Below are positions 9,886 through 19,198 of a stretch of DNA of 44,206 nt, in pieces. The stretch spans positions 1 through 44,206 of the forward strand of contig MNWW01000069.1 in the NCBI GenBank assembly GCA_001871415.1, read 5' to 3'. The stretch is from Candidatus Woesearchaeota archaeon CG1_02_57_44. GTDB lineage: Archaea > Nanobdellota > Nanobdellia > Woesearchaeales > CG1-02-57-44. The notes beneath the pieces are model-generated. The model searched no databases. It worked only from the letters and a program-made list of their open reading frames with translations, and was not told the origin of the DNA. Position 1 is the stretch's first letter, and every line of letters begins with the position of its first letter. The translations under genes and the position numbers were made by a program.

Positions 9886-10364
9886 GCTTTCACCTCGTGC
9901 TGCTCGACCACGTGCGTTCTGCTCCATTGCTCGCTGAGGCGCTGCGGCGAGCCTGAGTAGAGCATGATGGCGGGCTCTATCACCAGGAGCAGGAGGAACG
10001 GAAAGATAAGCACCGCATTCAGATTGCGCATGGCTATCTGGGCAAAGCCTGGTTTGTCTCCGCGATCGCCGACAACCAAAAGCCCCAGAGCCATCTTGCC
10101 AGGACTCTGCTGCAAAAAGAACTCCATGAGCACAAAGTACCCGAAGATCAGCGCCGCCATGGTCGCGGTGTACGTTGAAAGCACAGATGCAAGGCCAACA
10201 TCATGCAGCAGCACTTGCGGCGCTGGCAGAAGCGCCATGACGCGCGAACTGAGCGGCGCGATCACAAAAGTGTTGAGGATAAGCAGATCAAGAGCCATGG
10301 CCAGCAGTCGCTTGCCGATCGGCGCATGGACGAGTATTTTAGTCACGACCTTACGTTTCCCCAT
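9882..10364 (-). CDS. RDD family membrane protein
   Basis: KRLLAMALDL, QSPGKMALGL, QRLSEQWSRTHVV. Confidence 0.85.
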   Translation of the reverse strand: MGKRKVVTKILVHAPIGKRLLAMALDLLILNTFVIAPLSSRVMALLPAPQVLLHDVGLASVLSTYTATMAALIFGYFVLMEFFLQQSPGKMALGLLVVGDRGDKPGFAQIAMRNLNAVLIFPFLLLLVIEPAIMLYSGSPQRLSEQWSRTHVVEQHEVKA

Positions 10365-10480
10365 ACGCTGGTTTCGGTCTTGCTTATTAATAAATGTATT
10401 GACCAGGCGCCCGATCAATGACCCGCACCCCCAATAGATGGACCAATACCTTTTTATAACAACATTGATTGTTGACATAT

Positions 10481-10810
10481 ATGCGACCACAGGCCCCTGA
10501 ACCAGAGGACATCAATACAGTCAGGGTTCGACTCCCTCGCGGCAAAGAGACCTTTGGCATTGTAGAGCAGCGCCATGGGGGATCACGTATGAGCGTGCGC
10601 TGCCTTGATGACAAGACGCGCATCTGCCGCATCCCTGGCCGCCTGAAGCGTCGACTCTGGGTACGCGAAGGCGACCTTGTATTGATTCAGCCCTGGGAGC
10701 TTGGTGGCGATGAGAAAGCGGATATCATGTACAAGTACCGGCCCATCCAGGTCAAGTGGCTCAAGATGAAGGGCTATCTGCGCAAGCTCGATGAATTCGA
10801 GTCATTCTAA
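10481..10810 (+). CDS. eif1a: Translation initiation factor aIF-1A
   Basis: RVRLP, RICRIPGRLKRRLWVREGDLVLIQPW; TTTTTATAA at 10451-10459. Confidence 0.96.
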   Translation: MRPQAPEPEDINTVRVRLPRGKETFGIVEQRHGGSRMSVRCLDDKTRICRIPGRLKRRLWVREGDLVLIQPWELGGDEKADIMYKYRPIQVKWLKMKGYLRKLDEFESF

Positions 10811-10830
10811 ATGAGTGCGAGTCATTCTAA
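10791..10830 (+). repeat. Imperfect 20-bp tandem duplication of the aIF-1A 3' end
   Basis: ATGAATTCGAGTCATTCTAA followed by ATGAGTGCGAGTCATTCTAA (2 mismatches). Confidence 0.8.
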
Positions 10831-11035
10831 GAGATTCGTAAATGCAGTAGGCAGAAAGCAGGATGCGATAAATAGTCGGCTGATGCGCCAATAAGCGACC
10901 TGAACAGGTACTGTTGCCCCTAGCGGCAACGTCAGGAAACAAAGGCATTAGTTAGAGACCCGTTGCGCAGGTCGATTCGTTACCCCAATTCCGCAGGAAC
11001 AAAACTTTATAAGCCACAGCAACCCGTAGCAGTCC

Positions 11036-12832
11036 ATGGTGTGGGAGTCATGGTCATTTCAGGATACAGCCGGGCTATGGTGGCTGCTTTCCGGCCTGCT
11101 AGTCGTCATCATCTACCTTATCAGGCCCAAGCCCCGGGAGATGAAGATACCCAGTCTTATGTTCTTTCTTGCGCAGAAGCGCGCTGAGCGGCTTGCGTCC
11201 TTTTTTCGCAGGTTCATCAAGGACCCCATGATGCTGTTTCACTTGTTGCTCATTCTGTTGCTGGCGCTCATCCTGTCAGGACCAAAGTTTGCGATCACAG
11301 AGAATGCCGCAGCCCAGCAGAAAGTCATTGTGCTGGACATCAGCTCCAGCATGAAGGCCCAGGGAAGATTCGCTTCAGCGAAAAATATCGTGCTCAAGAA
11401 CCTTGGTGAGCGCAACACGATAATACTTGCCGCTGATACGCCTCTTGTTGCCCTGATAGACGGCAGCCCTGCTGAGGCAAGAAGTCTGCTCGCGAAAGTG
11501 AGCCCTCTGGATACCGAGTCCGCACTTGGCGACGCGGTCATGACCGCTGTCAATTACGCGGGCAAAGAAAGTTTCGCGCTTGTTGTTAGTGACTTTGGAC
11601 CTGGCACCGGGACAGACCCAGCTCTTGCGCTCGAAGCATTGCGCGCCGCCTCTATGAACCTTGACGCGGTGGGCGTGGCAAAGCCGGATCCGCGCAATGT
11701 GGGGATCATTGATCTCACGTTTTCCAAACGCAAGGTGATGGTTCTGATCAAGAATTACAATGACCAGGAGCAGACAGTTCCGCTGACCTACGGCGAGCAG
11801 AAATTCCTGCTGGACCTGGGAGCGCAAAGCGTCGCTGCGATCGAACTGAACCTGACACCCGGAACGGGCTATGTCAAACTGCAGAGCGATGATGATTTCA
11901 GCCCGGACAATACGGCGTATCTCATTGTTCCTGAAGCCCTGACGCCAAAAGTGCTGCTCATCACCAATAATCAGTCGCGTTATCTCACTGCCGCCTTGCG
12001 CTCTATTCCCGGGGTGCAGCTGGAAGTGGCGCAGCCGCCCATTGTGCCAGAAAGGGGTCATGACCTCTATGTCCTTGACCGGGTCGATTATGACAGCCTG
12101 CTGCCAGGGACCACGGAGTACATTGAAGCTCAGGTGAGGGCGGGGAAGACATTGGTCATAGGCGCTCAGCCAGAGCTCGAAGGCCAAAGTGCGCAGAAGA
12201 TGCTCAGCAAGGTGATTCCTGTGGACATCCAGGGCATGCTGGACAGCTCTGCCATCGGCCCTGGGACGTCATCACCCATCACCGCCAATGTGCAGTTCGA
12301 GGAGACCCGGAGGCACTTGCACACGACCCCTCATGAGGGGGATACGGTCCTGGCGTATGCCGGGGATGTGCCATTCATAACACTCTCTTCCTTGGGTGAA
12401 GGAAAAGTCCTCTATTATGGGTACATGGAGGATGATACCAATTTCCAGCGATTCCCCTCATATCCATTGTTCTGGGCGCAGTTCGTGCAGGAAGTGCTGG
12501 CCCAGGCGCCATTGCAGGAGCGAAACCTGCGCACAGGAAGTGTGGTGAGCGCTGAAACCATCATCTTGCCATCAGGAACCCAGGTGAAGGGCTCCACGCG
12601 CATGGACCAGGTAGGCATCTACAAAGCGGGAAGGACCTACGCAGCCAACCTTCTCAGCGAAGCGGAGTCTGACCTGCGCCCAGTCATCTCGTCCAAGCCC
12701 GCGGAATCATTCAGCCCGCGACCTGTTCCCATGCAAAGGGACCTGGCGCTTGGCAGATACCTGCTTATCGCGGGACTGGTATTGCTGCTGCTTGACCTGA
12801 TGCTCATGCGTCACAGGGGTGATATCGCGTGA
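11036..12832 (+). CDS. BatA N-terminal domain plus vWA membrane protein
   Basis: IIYLIRPKP..IPSLMF BatA-like N-terminus; MIDAS VLDISSSM; C-terminal TM; TTTATAA at 11006-11012. Confidence 0.85.
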   Translation: MVWESWSFQDTAGLWWLLSGLLVVIIYLIRPKPREMKIPSLMFFLAQKRAERLASFFRRFIKDPMMLFHLLLILLLALILSGPKFAITENAAAQQKVIVLDISSSMKAQGRFASAKNIVLKNLGERNTIILAADTPLVALIDGSPAEARSLLAKVSPLDTESALGDAVMTAVNYAGKESFALVVSDFGPGTGTDPALALEALRAASMNLDAVGVAKPDPRNVGIIDLTFSKRKVMVLIKNYNDQEQTVPLTYGEQKFLLDLGAQSVAAIELNLTPGTGYVKLQSDDDFSPDNTAYLIVPEALTPKVLLITNNQSRYLTAALRSIPGVQLEVAQPPIVPERGHDLYVLDRVDYDSLLPGTTEYIEAQVRAGKTLVIGAQPELEGQSAQKMLSKVIPVDIQGMLDSSAIGPGTSSPITANVQFEETRRHLHTTPHEGDTVLAYAGDVPFITLSSLGEGKVLYYGYMEDDTNFQRFPSYPLFWAQFVQEVLAQAPLQERNLRTGSVVSAETIILPSGTQVKGSTRMDQVGIYKAGRTYAANLLSEAESDLRPVISSKPAESFSPRPVPMQRDLALGRYLLIAGLVLLLLDLMLMRHRGDIA

Positions 12833-15216
12833 TGCTCGCCCAGCAGATAGCCCTGTTGCCTGCCTGGTGGCAGGCAAAAGCATTCACTTCTCCGTGGGCG
12901 TTGGGACTATATCCCCTGGTTGTCGTATTGATGATACTGATACTTGCCCGTCGTCCGCAGGAGCAAATCAAACGAAAACTCAAAGGGTTCATCCTGCTCT
13001 GGCGCTTGGCATTGCTGCTCGTCCTCTGCCTGGCCATAGCGGCGCCGGTGGCCCATGAGACCCATGAGGTGCAGCGCCAGCCCTATGTGCACATCCTTGT
13101 CGATAACAGCTCATCCATGTCCATCATGGACATGACCGAGGTCTCGGCCATGGTCGAGCAGCTCAGAGGCGCTGTGGAAGTGCGACAGGACGCGATTGGT
13201 GGAGGCACCGATTCTCGCATCTATACGCACCTGCTCCGCTACCTTTCCGCTGACGAGACCATCATCCTGGTGACGGACGGCAATAGCTATGACGGCGCTG
13301 ATATGGAGCAGGTTGCCCAGTACGCGCTCAGCCGCAATGTGAGCGTTGCCGTGATTCCCCTGAAGGCATCGCGTCAGGACTACGCGGTGCGCATCGTCGC
13401 GCCTGATGTGGCCATGGATGGCGCGGATACAGAGATTCGCGTCGTTATTGACCAGGCTCAGCCTGGCGCGCTCCCGCGACTCACGCTCAAGGATGGTGAT
13501 GACATCCTCTACGACCAAGTCCCATCCTCAAGCGTCCTCTCGCTGACCACAAGATTCACGACCGGTACCAAGGTATTGTCCGCGCAGCTGCTGACGTCTG
13601 ACGAAGTAGCCCAGAACAATCAGGCGTGGGCTACCTTGCAGGTCGTGCCAAAGCCTGCTATAGCCCTGGTGACCAAGCGCAGGGACAGTCCCCTGGCGAA
13701 GCTTGCGGGCCAGCTTGCGGCAGTAACGATACAAGACTATGTGCCACAGGAACTTGACAATTACTACGCGATAATCATTGACGACCAGTCAGCGGCGATG
13801 CTTGAGCCGCGCCGCACGCAGCTCGCTGACTACCTGAAGGATGGCAATGGCCTGCTGGTGGTGGGCGGTAAAGGCAGTTTTGACTTCGGCGACTACAGGG
13901 GATCGCCCATAGAATCCATATTGCCTGTGCGCACCGCGGGCGCGGAGAAGACTGATGACCGCGTCAATATCGTATTGGCGCTTGATATTTCAGCGAGTAC
14001 CGGAGGCATCGGCGCTGTGCGTGGCATTGATGTGGAGAAAGCGCTGGCAGCGGATGTGCTAGACCAGATTGGGACCCACAATCAGGTGGGCATCGCGGCA
14101 TTCAATACCAAGGGCTATGTGGTCGAGCAGATAGCGAAGATGGACAACAGGCAAGCGCTGGTGGACAAGATTTCCCGGCTGACGGACAACGGCGGAACGT
14201 TCCTGTCAGCAGGCATCATCATGGGTACCAAGATGCTGCGCAACCAGCCCGGAGCCAAGAACATCATCCTGCTCTCTGACGGGCAGTCCAATCCCAATGA
14301 TAATTACCAGGAAGCGGCGAGGATGGCCTGGAATGAGGGAATCAAGATATATACTGTAGCAACAGGCAAGTTCATTCGTGAAGAGACCATGCAGCAGATA
14401 GCGGATACGACCAACGGTATATACCTGCTGGCCAACAGGTCCAACAGGCTCAAGCTCATATTCGGCAAGGATGAGGAGCAACGTCCGCTGGCGTTCTATG
14501 ACCTCGCTATTGTTGATGAGAATCATTTCATCACTAAGGATCTGGACATGAGCGCCGTTGTTGGAGGTTTCAATCAGGTAGTACCCAAGGACATCGCGCG
14601 ATTGCTCGTGTCGACATCGCAAGCTGACCCTATTGTGGTCGCCTGGCAGTTCGGTCTTGGCCGCTCAGTGGTGTTCGCCTCAGATAATGGCCTGGAGTGG
14701 GCCGGACAATCGTATGGCCAGAACGCGTCGCGCATCCTGGCGAGAATGATAGCGTACACGGTCGCAGACCCCCAGAGAAAGGAGCAGGAGTATCTGCGTA
14801 TAAGCGACACGGTGGAAGGCAAGCCCGCGGAAGTCAGTGTCAAGTCCTCACAGCGCCCGATGGCCGAGAATGTCACGTTCAGGCTGGGCCGCGATGGCAT
14901 TTATCGCGGAGAGCTTCCTTTAGAAGCGCAGGGCCTGCACCAGGCGTTTAGCCTGCCTTACGCGGTCAATGCGCAGCCAGAGCTGGCGCGCACGGGCTAT
15001 AATCCAAAGGTCGAGCAACTAGCTGTCCTGACTCACGGAACTATTCTTGAGCCTGATGCTAAGCAAGTGATGGAATACGCCCTATCGCGAAGCAAAGTCC
15101 AGGAGACGACAGATACCATGCTCATATTGCCTTTCGCCCTGCTCGCGCTCATCATGTACATGATGGAATTGCTCATCAGAAGGATTGTGCAGAACAGGAT
15201 AATGTCGAAGAACTGA
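12829..15216 (+). CDS. Double-vWA membrane protein with glutamine amidotransferase-like domain
   Basis: LVDNSSSM..VTDG and ALDISAS..LSDG MIDAS motifs; GLLVVGG, ILPV, GLGRSV. Confidence 0.85.
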   Translation: MMLAQQIALLPAWWQAKAFTSPWALGLYPLVVVLMILILARRPQEQIKRKLKGFILLWRLALLLVLCLAIAAPVAHETHEVQRQPYVHILVDNSSSMSIMDMTEVSAMVEQLRGAVEVRQDAIGGGTDSRIYTHLLRYLSADETIILVTDGNSYDGADMEQVAQYALSRNVSVAVIPLKASRQDYAVRIVAPDVAMDGADTEIRVVIDQAQPGALPRLTLKDGDDILYDQVPSSSVLSLTTRFTTGTKVLSAQLLTSDEVAQNNQAWATLQVVPKPAIALVTKRRDSPLAKLAGQLAAVTIQDYVPQELDNYYAIIIDDQSAAMLEPRRTQLADYLKDGNGLLVVGGKGSFDFGDYRGSPIESILPVRTAGAEKTDDRVNIVLALDISASTGGIGAVRGIDVEKALAADVLDQIGTHNQVGIAAFNTKGYVVEQIAKMDNRQALVDKISRLTDNGGTFLSAGIIMGTKMLRNQPGAKNIILLSDGQSNPNDNYQEAARMAWNEGIKIYTVATGKFIREETMQQIADTTNGIYLLANRSNRLKLIFGKDEEQRPLAFYDLAIVDENHFITKDLDMSAVVGGFNQVVPKDIARLLVSTSQADPIVVAWQFGLGRSVVFASDNGLEWAGQSYGQNASRILARMIAYTVADPQRKEQEYLRISDTVEGKPAEVSVKSSQRPMAENVTFRLGRDGIYRGELPLEAQGLHQAFSLPYAVNAQPELARTGYNPKVEQLAVLTHGTILEPDAKQVMEYALSRSKVQETTDTMLILPFALLALIMYMMELLIRRIVQNRIMSKN

Positions 15217-15297
15217 GGACAGAACAGAGAAGGAAACAATCATGCAGACAGAATTTACAAAAGGCATAATAAAGGGCAATGCCGGAGAAGGAAGATA

Positions 15298-15828
15298 ATG
15301 GGATTCATCACACGCAACACCAACATGAGCCTGCTGGCGACACTACTGCTCGTGCTTCTGGGCGTTGGTATCATTAGCGTGGTCTATAACGCGAGAATCG
15401 GTGATATCAACCACCGGCTCAGCAAGAAGGTGCTGGAAGCTGACAACCTGAGCTCGCATCTGCAGGTGGCGAGCACCGAACTGACGACCTTGCAACAGGA
15501 GATAGGAATCAAACAAGAGCGCGAGCAGAGCATGACGGAGCAGTTCCTGGATGTGCGCACAGAACGCGATGACCTGAATAACCGGGTGCTGGGCCTGGAG
15601 CAGGATGTACGCGACCTGCAGCGCAAGGTGCAGGATACGCAGGCAGACCTTGATGTCACATCAGCATTGCTCTTTGAGGAGCAGGACCTCAACAAGAACC
15701 TGACGTTGGAAGTGACCAAATTCAGGAATCTCATCGCCCAGAAAGATCAGATAATAACAGATCTCGCAAGCCAGGTGTCTGCGCTGCAGACCCAGGTACA
15801 GCAACTGCAAAATGGAAGCACTACCTGA
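15298..15828 (+). CDS. Membrane-anchored coiled-coil protein
   Basis: N-terminal TM followed by heptad-rich Q/L/E sequence; inside the MoxR operon. Confidence 0.8.
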   Translation: MGFITRNTNMSLLATLLLVLLGVGIISVVYNARIGDINHRLSKKVLEADNLSSHLQVASTELTTLQQEIGIKQEREQSMTEQFLDVRTERDDLNNRVLGLEQDVRDLQRKVQDTQADLDVTSALLFEEQDLNKNLTLEVTKFRNLIAQKDQIITDLASQVSALQTQVQQLQNGSTT

Positions 15829-16588
15829 AGCATTGACAGAGCTGCGCCAGAGCCTCTGGGCCATGGCGCTGGCCAACACCGCGGTGGACGCGCTGCTCGT
15901 GGCGAGCGGCGCCTATCTGGCGACCGTTGTCGCAGGTTTGCCCCCGTGGATAGCCTTGGCTGTCGCATTGGGTTATTTCCCCCAGCGCCTGCGTCAGGAG
16001 CGAGCAGGCATGTCATATCAGGCAGTCGAGGCGAAAACCGTGCGTCTGCGCGAGCGATTGAGCACGGCTGTCGATAACCTGAGCAGAGAGAATTTCGTCG
16101 CCAAGGAATTACGCTCTGACGTGACCAAGGATATGCGCGGCATCCAGACCGGCGATTTCCTGGATACGCGCAGAGTCATGGTCAAGAGCAGCATTATGAT
16201 AGTGCTGCTGCTCTGCAGCATTGTCTACAGCAGCTTTTCCCTCAGCATCGCTGACGCTCTCGCACCCATCATGGCCAAGGCGAGAGGCGCTCACACATTC
16301 AAGGGCCTCTACGACACGTCGGGAAATGTGTCCTTTGAGCAGGGGGACGAGGACATCTTCGGCGAGTCCAGCATGGCGAAACTGAGCGGCAAGAGCATCT
16401 CGCTGGAACTCGCGCCCATGGCGACAGCCGTGGACATAACCCAACTCAACCCAGAACAAGCGAAGCGCTTCACCAGCACGGAGATACCGCAGGTCGAGGC
16501 GAGCGCGGACGGTGCGTATCGCAGCTCCATTCCCGCGGACCAGGAAGAGACAGTACGCAAGTACTTTGACCTGATCGAGCAGGTTTAA
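15812..16588 (+). CDS. Membrane protein of the MoxR/vWA operon
   Basis: Three TM segments, LRERLSTAVDN motif, C-terminal ETVRKYF. Confidence 0.75.
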   Translation: MEALPEALTELRQSLWAMALANTAVDALLVASGAYLATVVAGLPPWIALAVALGYFPQRLRQERAGMSYQAVEAKTVRLRERLSTAVDNLSRENFVAKELRSDVTKDMRGIQTGDFLDTRRVMVKSSIMIVLLLCSIVYSSFSLSIADALAPIMAKARGAHTFKGLYDTSGNVSFEQGDEDIFGESSMAKLSGKSISLELAPMATAVDITQLNPEQAKRFTSTEIPQVEASADGAYRSSIPADQEETVRKYFDLIEQV

Positions 16589-16648
16589 TAACACAGGCGC
16601 GTAAGCAGACGAGAAGACACCATCCACAGACAACAAAGGTGAGCAAGT

Positions 16649-17581
16649 ATGGCAGTAAAAGAAGCGAAAGTAGTGTTTGACCACATTTTCAATGAACTTG
16701 AGCTCGTTGTCGTCGGACAACGACAGCTGCTCGAGCAGATGCTCGTCGCCATCCTCTGCGACGCGAACGCACTGCTCGAGTCTGTGCCAGGGCTTGCTAA
16801 GACCCTGTCCATCAAGACGCTCTCGCAGGTCATGGACCTCAAGTTCGCGCGCGTCCAGGCGACCCCTGACCTGATGCCCTCGGACATCACGGGCACGTAT
16901 GTCCTCGACGAGCACCACGGTAAGCGCGAGTTCACCTTCCAGCCAGGACCTATCTTCGCCAACATCGTGCTTGTCGACGAGATAAACCGCGCGACGCCTA
17001 AGACGCAATCAGCCCTGCTCGAGGCAATGCAGGAGAAGCAGGTGACGGTCCTCAACAAGACCTACCCGATGGAAAAACCATTCTTTGTGCTGGCGACGCA
17101 GAATCCCATTGAGCAGGAGGGAACGTTTCCCCTGCCCGAAGCCCAGCAGGACCGCTTTCTGCTGAAGATCAGAGTAGATTATCCAACAGTCAAGGATGAA
17201 CTGGAGATTGTGGAACGGTTCACGGAAAAAGGCCAGCTGAAAGTGCCAAAAGCGATTATCAAGAAGGATACGCTTCTCAAGCTGCAGGAGACCGCGATGC
17301 TTATTCCCATCAGCAATGACCTCAAGAAGATGATAGTGAACGCGGTCACGCAGACACGCAAGATGCCCGAACTCATCGAGAATGGCGCGTCACCAAGGGC
17401 GAGCATCGGCCTGGTGCAGGCGGCCAAGGCGAGGGCGCTCATCCAGGGCAGGAACTACGTGAGCAAGGAAGATGTCATAGAAATGGCATATCCCGTGCTT
17501 CGCCATCGCATCCTGCTCAGCTTCGAGGCGCAGCGCAAGAGCATGAGCCCTGATGATATCATCGCCAAGATAGTGAAATGA
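16649..17581 (+). CDS. moxR: MoxR-family AAA+ ATPase
   Basis: ESVPGLAKT, TPDLMPSDITG, DEINRATPKTQSALLEAM, ATQNPIEQEGTFPLPEAQ, GASPRA; SD AGGTGA. Confidence 0.96.
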   Translation: MAVKEAKVVFDHIFNELELVVVGQRQLLEQMLVAILCDANALLESVPGLAKTLSIKTLSQVMDLKFARVQATPDLMPSDITGTYVLDEHHGKREFTFQPGPIFANIVLVDEINRATPKTQSALLEAMQEKQVTVLNKTYPMEKPFFVLATQNPIEQEGTFPLPEAQQDRFLLKIRVDYPTVKDELEIVERFTEKGQLKVPKAIIKKDTLLKLQETAMLIPISNDLKKMIVNAVTQTRKMPELIENGASPRASIGLVQAAKARALIQGRNYVSKEDVIEMAYPVLRHRILLSFEAQRKSMSPDDIIAKIVK

Positions 17582-17670
17582 TGGTAACGAATGTCCAAGA
17601 CAAGGATGCGATGCAACATACCATGTACGACACCATGACGACCCAAAGCATCAGTGGAGCTGTGGCCTAG

Positions 17671-18522
17671 ATGGTCAATGAGGACTTCCTGAAGCAATTG
17701 GATCGCCTGAAGTTGGTCATTGACCGCAAGGTCAATGCGCACATGGCAGGGCAGAAGGAATCCCTGATGCCAGGTCAGGGGCTTATCTTCAAGGACAGGG
17801 CCCAGTACACGCCCGGCGAGGATTTCCGCCATATCGACTGGCAGGTGCTGGCACGGACAGACAAGCTGTTCGTCCGGCATTTTGAGTCTGAGAAGAACCT
17901 GACCGTGCACATCCTCGTCGATTACAGCGGAAGCATGCAGTACGGGACACAGGCGAGCAAGAGCTCCTACGCTGCCATGCTGGCGCTGGGGTTCGCCTAT
18001 ATGGCGAATAAGGACGGCGAGCGATTCTCCATCAGCACGTTCTCGGACAGCATTGAGCCAGTGCGACCTAGGCGCGGTATGGCGCAGATGGCAAGTGTCT
18101 TTGAATACCTCAACACGAAGAGGCCGAAGGGAAAGACCTCGTATAGCACATCCCTGATGCAATATGCCAAGCGCATCAGCTCAAGCTCCATGGTCGTTGT
18201 CATCAGCGATTTCCTCTATGATCTCAAGGACATCGAGGAAGCGCTCTGGGCATTTTCAAAGCATCAGCTGATTGTCGTGCAGGTGCTTGACCCGACGGAG
18301 CGCCATCTGACCCTGGAAGGTGACGTCAATCTCAAGGACCTGGAGACAGGGGCCGTCATGCACACCTATATCACCAAACCATTCCGCAACAATTATGCGA
18401 AGCAGCTGGACAGCCACATCATCAACCTGGCGCAGGTCTGCATCAGCATGCGCGCCAAGTTCTACAGCTTGAGCGTCAATGACCCGGTGTTTGATTTCTT
18501 CTATTCCCTGTTTGGTAGATGA
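17671..18522 (+). CDS. DUF58 family protein
   Basis: YTPGEDFRHIDW, LVDYSGSM, VVISDF; follows moxR. Confidence 0.93.
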   Translation: MVNEDFLKQLDRLKLVIDRKVNAHMAGQKESLMPGQGLIFKDRAQYTPGEDFRHIDWQVLARTDKLFVRHFESEKNLTVHILVDYSGSMQYGTQASKSSYAAMLALGFAYMANKDGERFSISTFSDSIEPVRPRRGMAQMASVFEYLNTKRPKGKTSYSTSLMQYAKRISSSSMVVVISDFLYDLKDIEEALWAFSKHQLIVVQVLDPTERHLTLEGDVNLKDLETGAVMHTYITKPFRNNYAKQLDSHIINLAQVCISMRAKFYSLSVNDPVFDFFYSLFGR

Positions 18523-18529
18523 GAAGCAG

Positions 18530-19138
18530 ATGACCAGGACCACGATGGATGAGAGGACAGACAAGACCATCAGCAGCTACGACGCCAATGTCGCTGAGTA
18601 TGAAGCATCCACCAAAGACATTATCCCGCAGGCGCTCACCAAGGTCGCCGCAATGCTTCCGGAAGGGCCAGTACTCGATGTCGGCGCAGGCTACGGCCGC
18701 GACGCGCTCTGGCTCCAGCAGCAGGGTTTTGAGGTCATATGCATGGAGCCATCGGCGAGGATGAGGGAGCGATGCAAAGAGCGCGGTCTCAAGAAGGTGA
18801 TAGACGGTCGCATGGAACACCTGCAAGCGTTGCAGCATCCGGAGGGAGGCTACGCGGGCATCCTGTTCGTGGGTTCGCTTTTGCATGTGCCAAAGAAAGC
18901 GGCTCCAAATATACTCAAGACTGCGGCGTCCCTGCTCAAGGAAGGAGGCATCATCTATCTCGCGCTGCAGCACGGCAAGGGCGAGGTCATGCGATCAGGG
19001 GGCATGCTGCAGGCAGAACGATTCTTCGCCTTATACGAGAGGGACGAGGCCAGAGCGCTTCTCGCCAGCGCAGGATTGCACGTGGTATGGGAGCGCATGG
19101 ACGAGAAATGGATGAATTTTATCGTACAGAAGGCATGA
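18530..19138 (+). CDS. Class I SAM-dependent methyltransferase
   Basis: VLDVGAGYGRD, SLLHVP, LKEGG; start is 18530 or 18545. Confidence 0.9.
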   Translation: MTRTTMDERTDKTISSYDANVAEYEASTKDIIPQALTKVAAMLPEGPVLDVGAGYGRDALWLQQQGFEVICMEPSARMRERCKERGLKKVIDGRMEHLQALQHPEGGYAGILFVGSLLHVPKKAAPNILKTAASLLKEGGIIYLALQHGKGEVMRSGGMLQAERFFALYERDEARALLASAGLHVVWERMDEKWMNFIVQKA

Positions 19139-19198
19139 TCCGCGACCAGGACACCGCACGGCCAATGTTTATAAACAATACGGAGTTTTCCCGGGTCA

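Noticed and set aside
10899..10940. Hammerhead ribozyme
   Set aside because: CUGA and GAAA are present but the CUGANGA core and flanking stems do not fit
11375..17008. Long antisense ORFs (e.g. 11375-12187, 16109-17008)
   Set aside because: Shadow ORFs opposite well-supported genes in GC-rich DNA; no motifs
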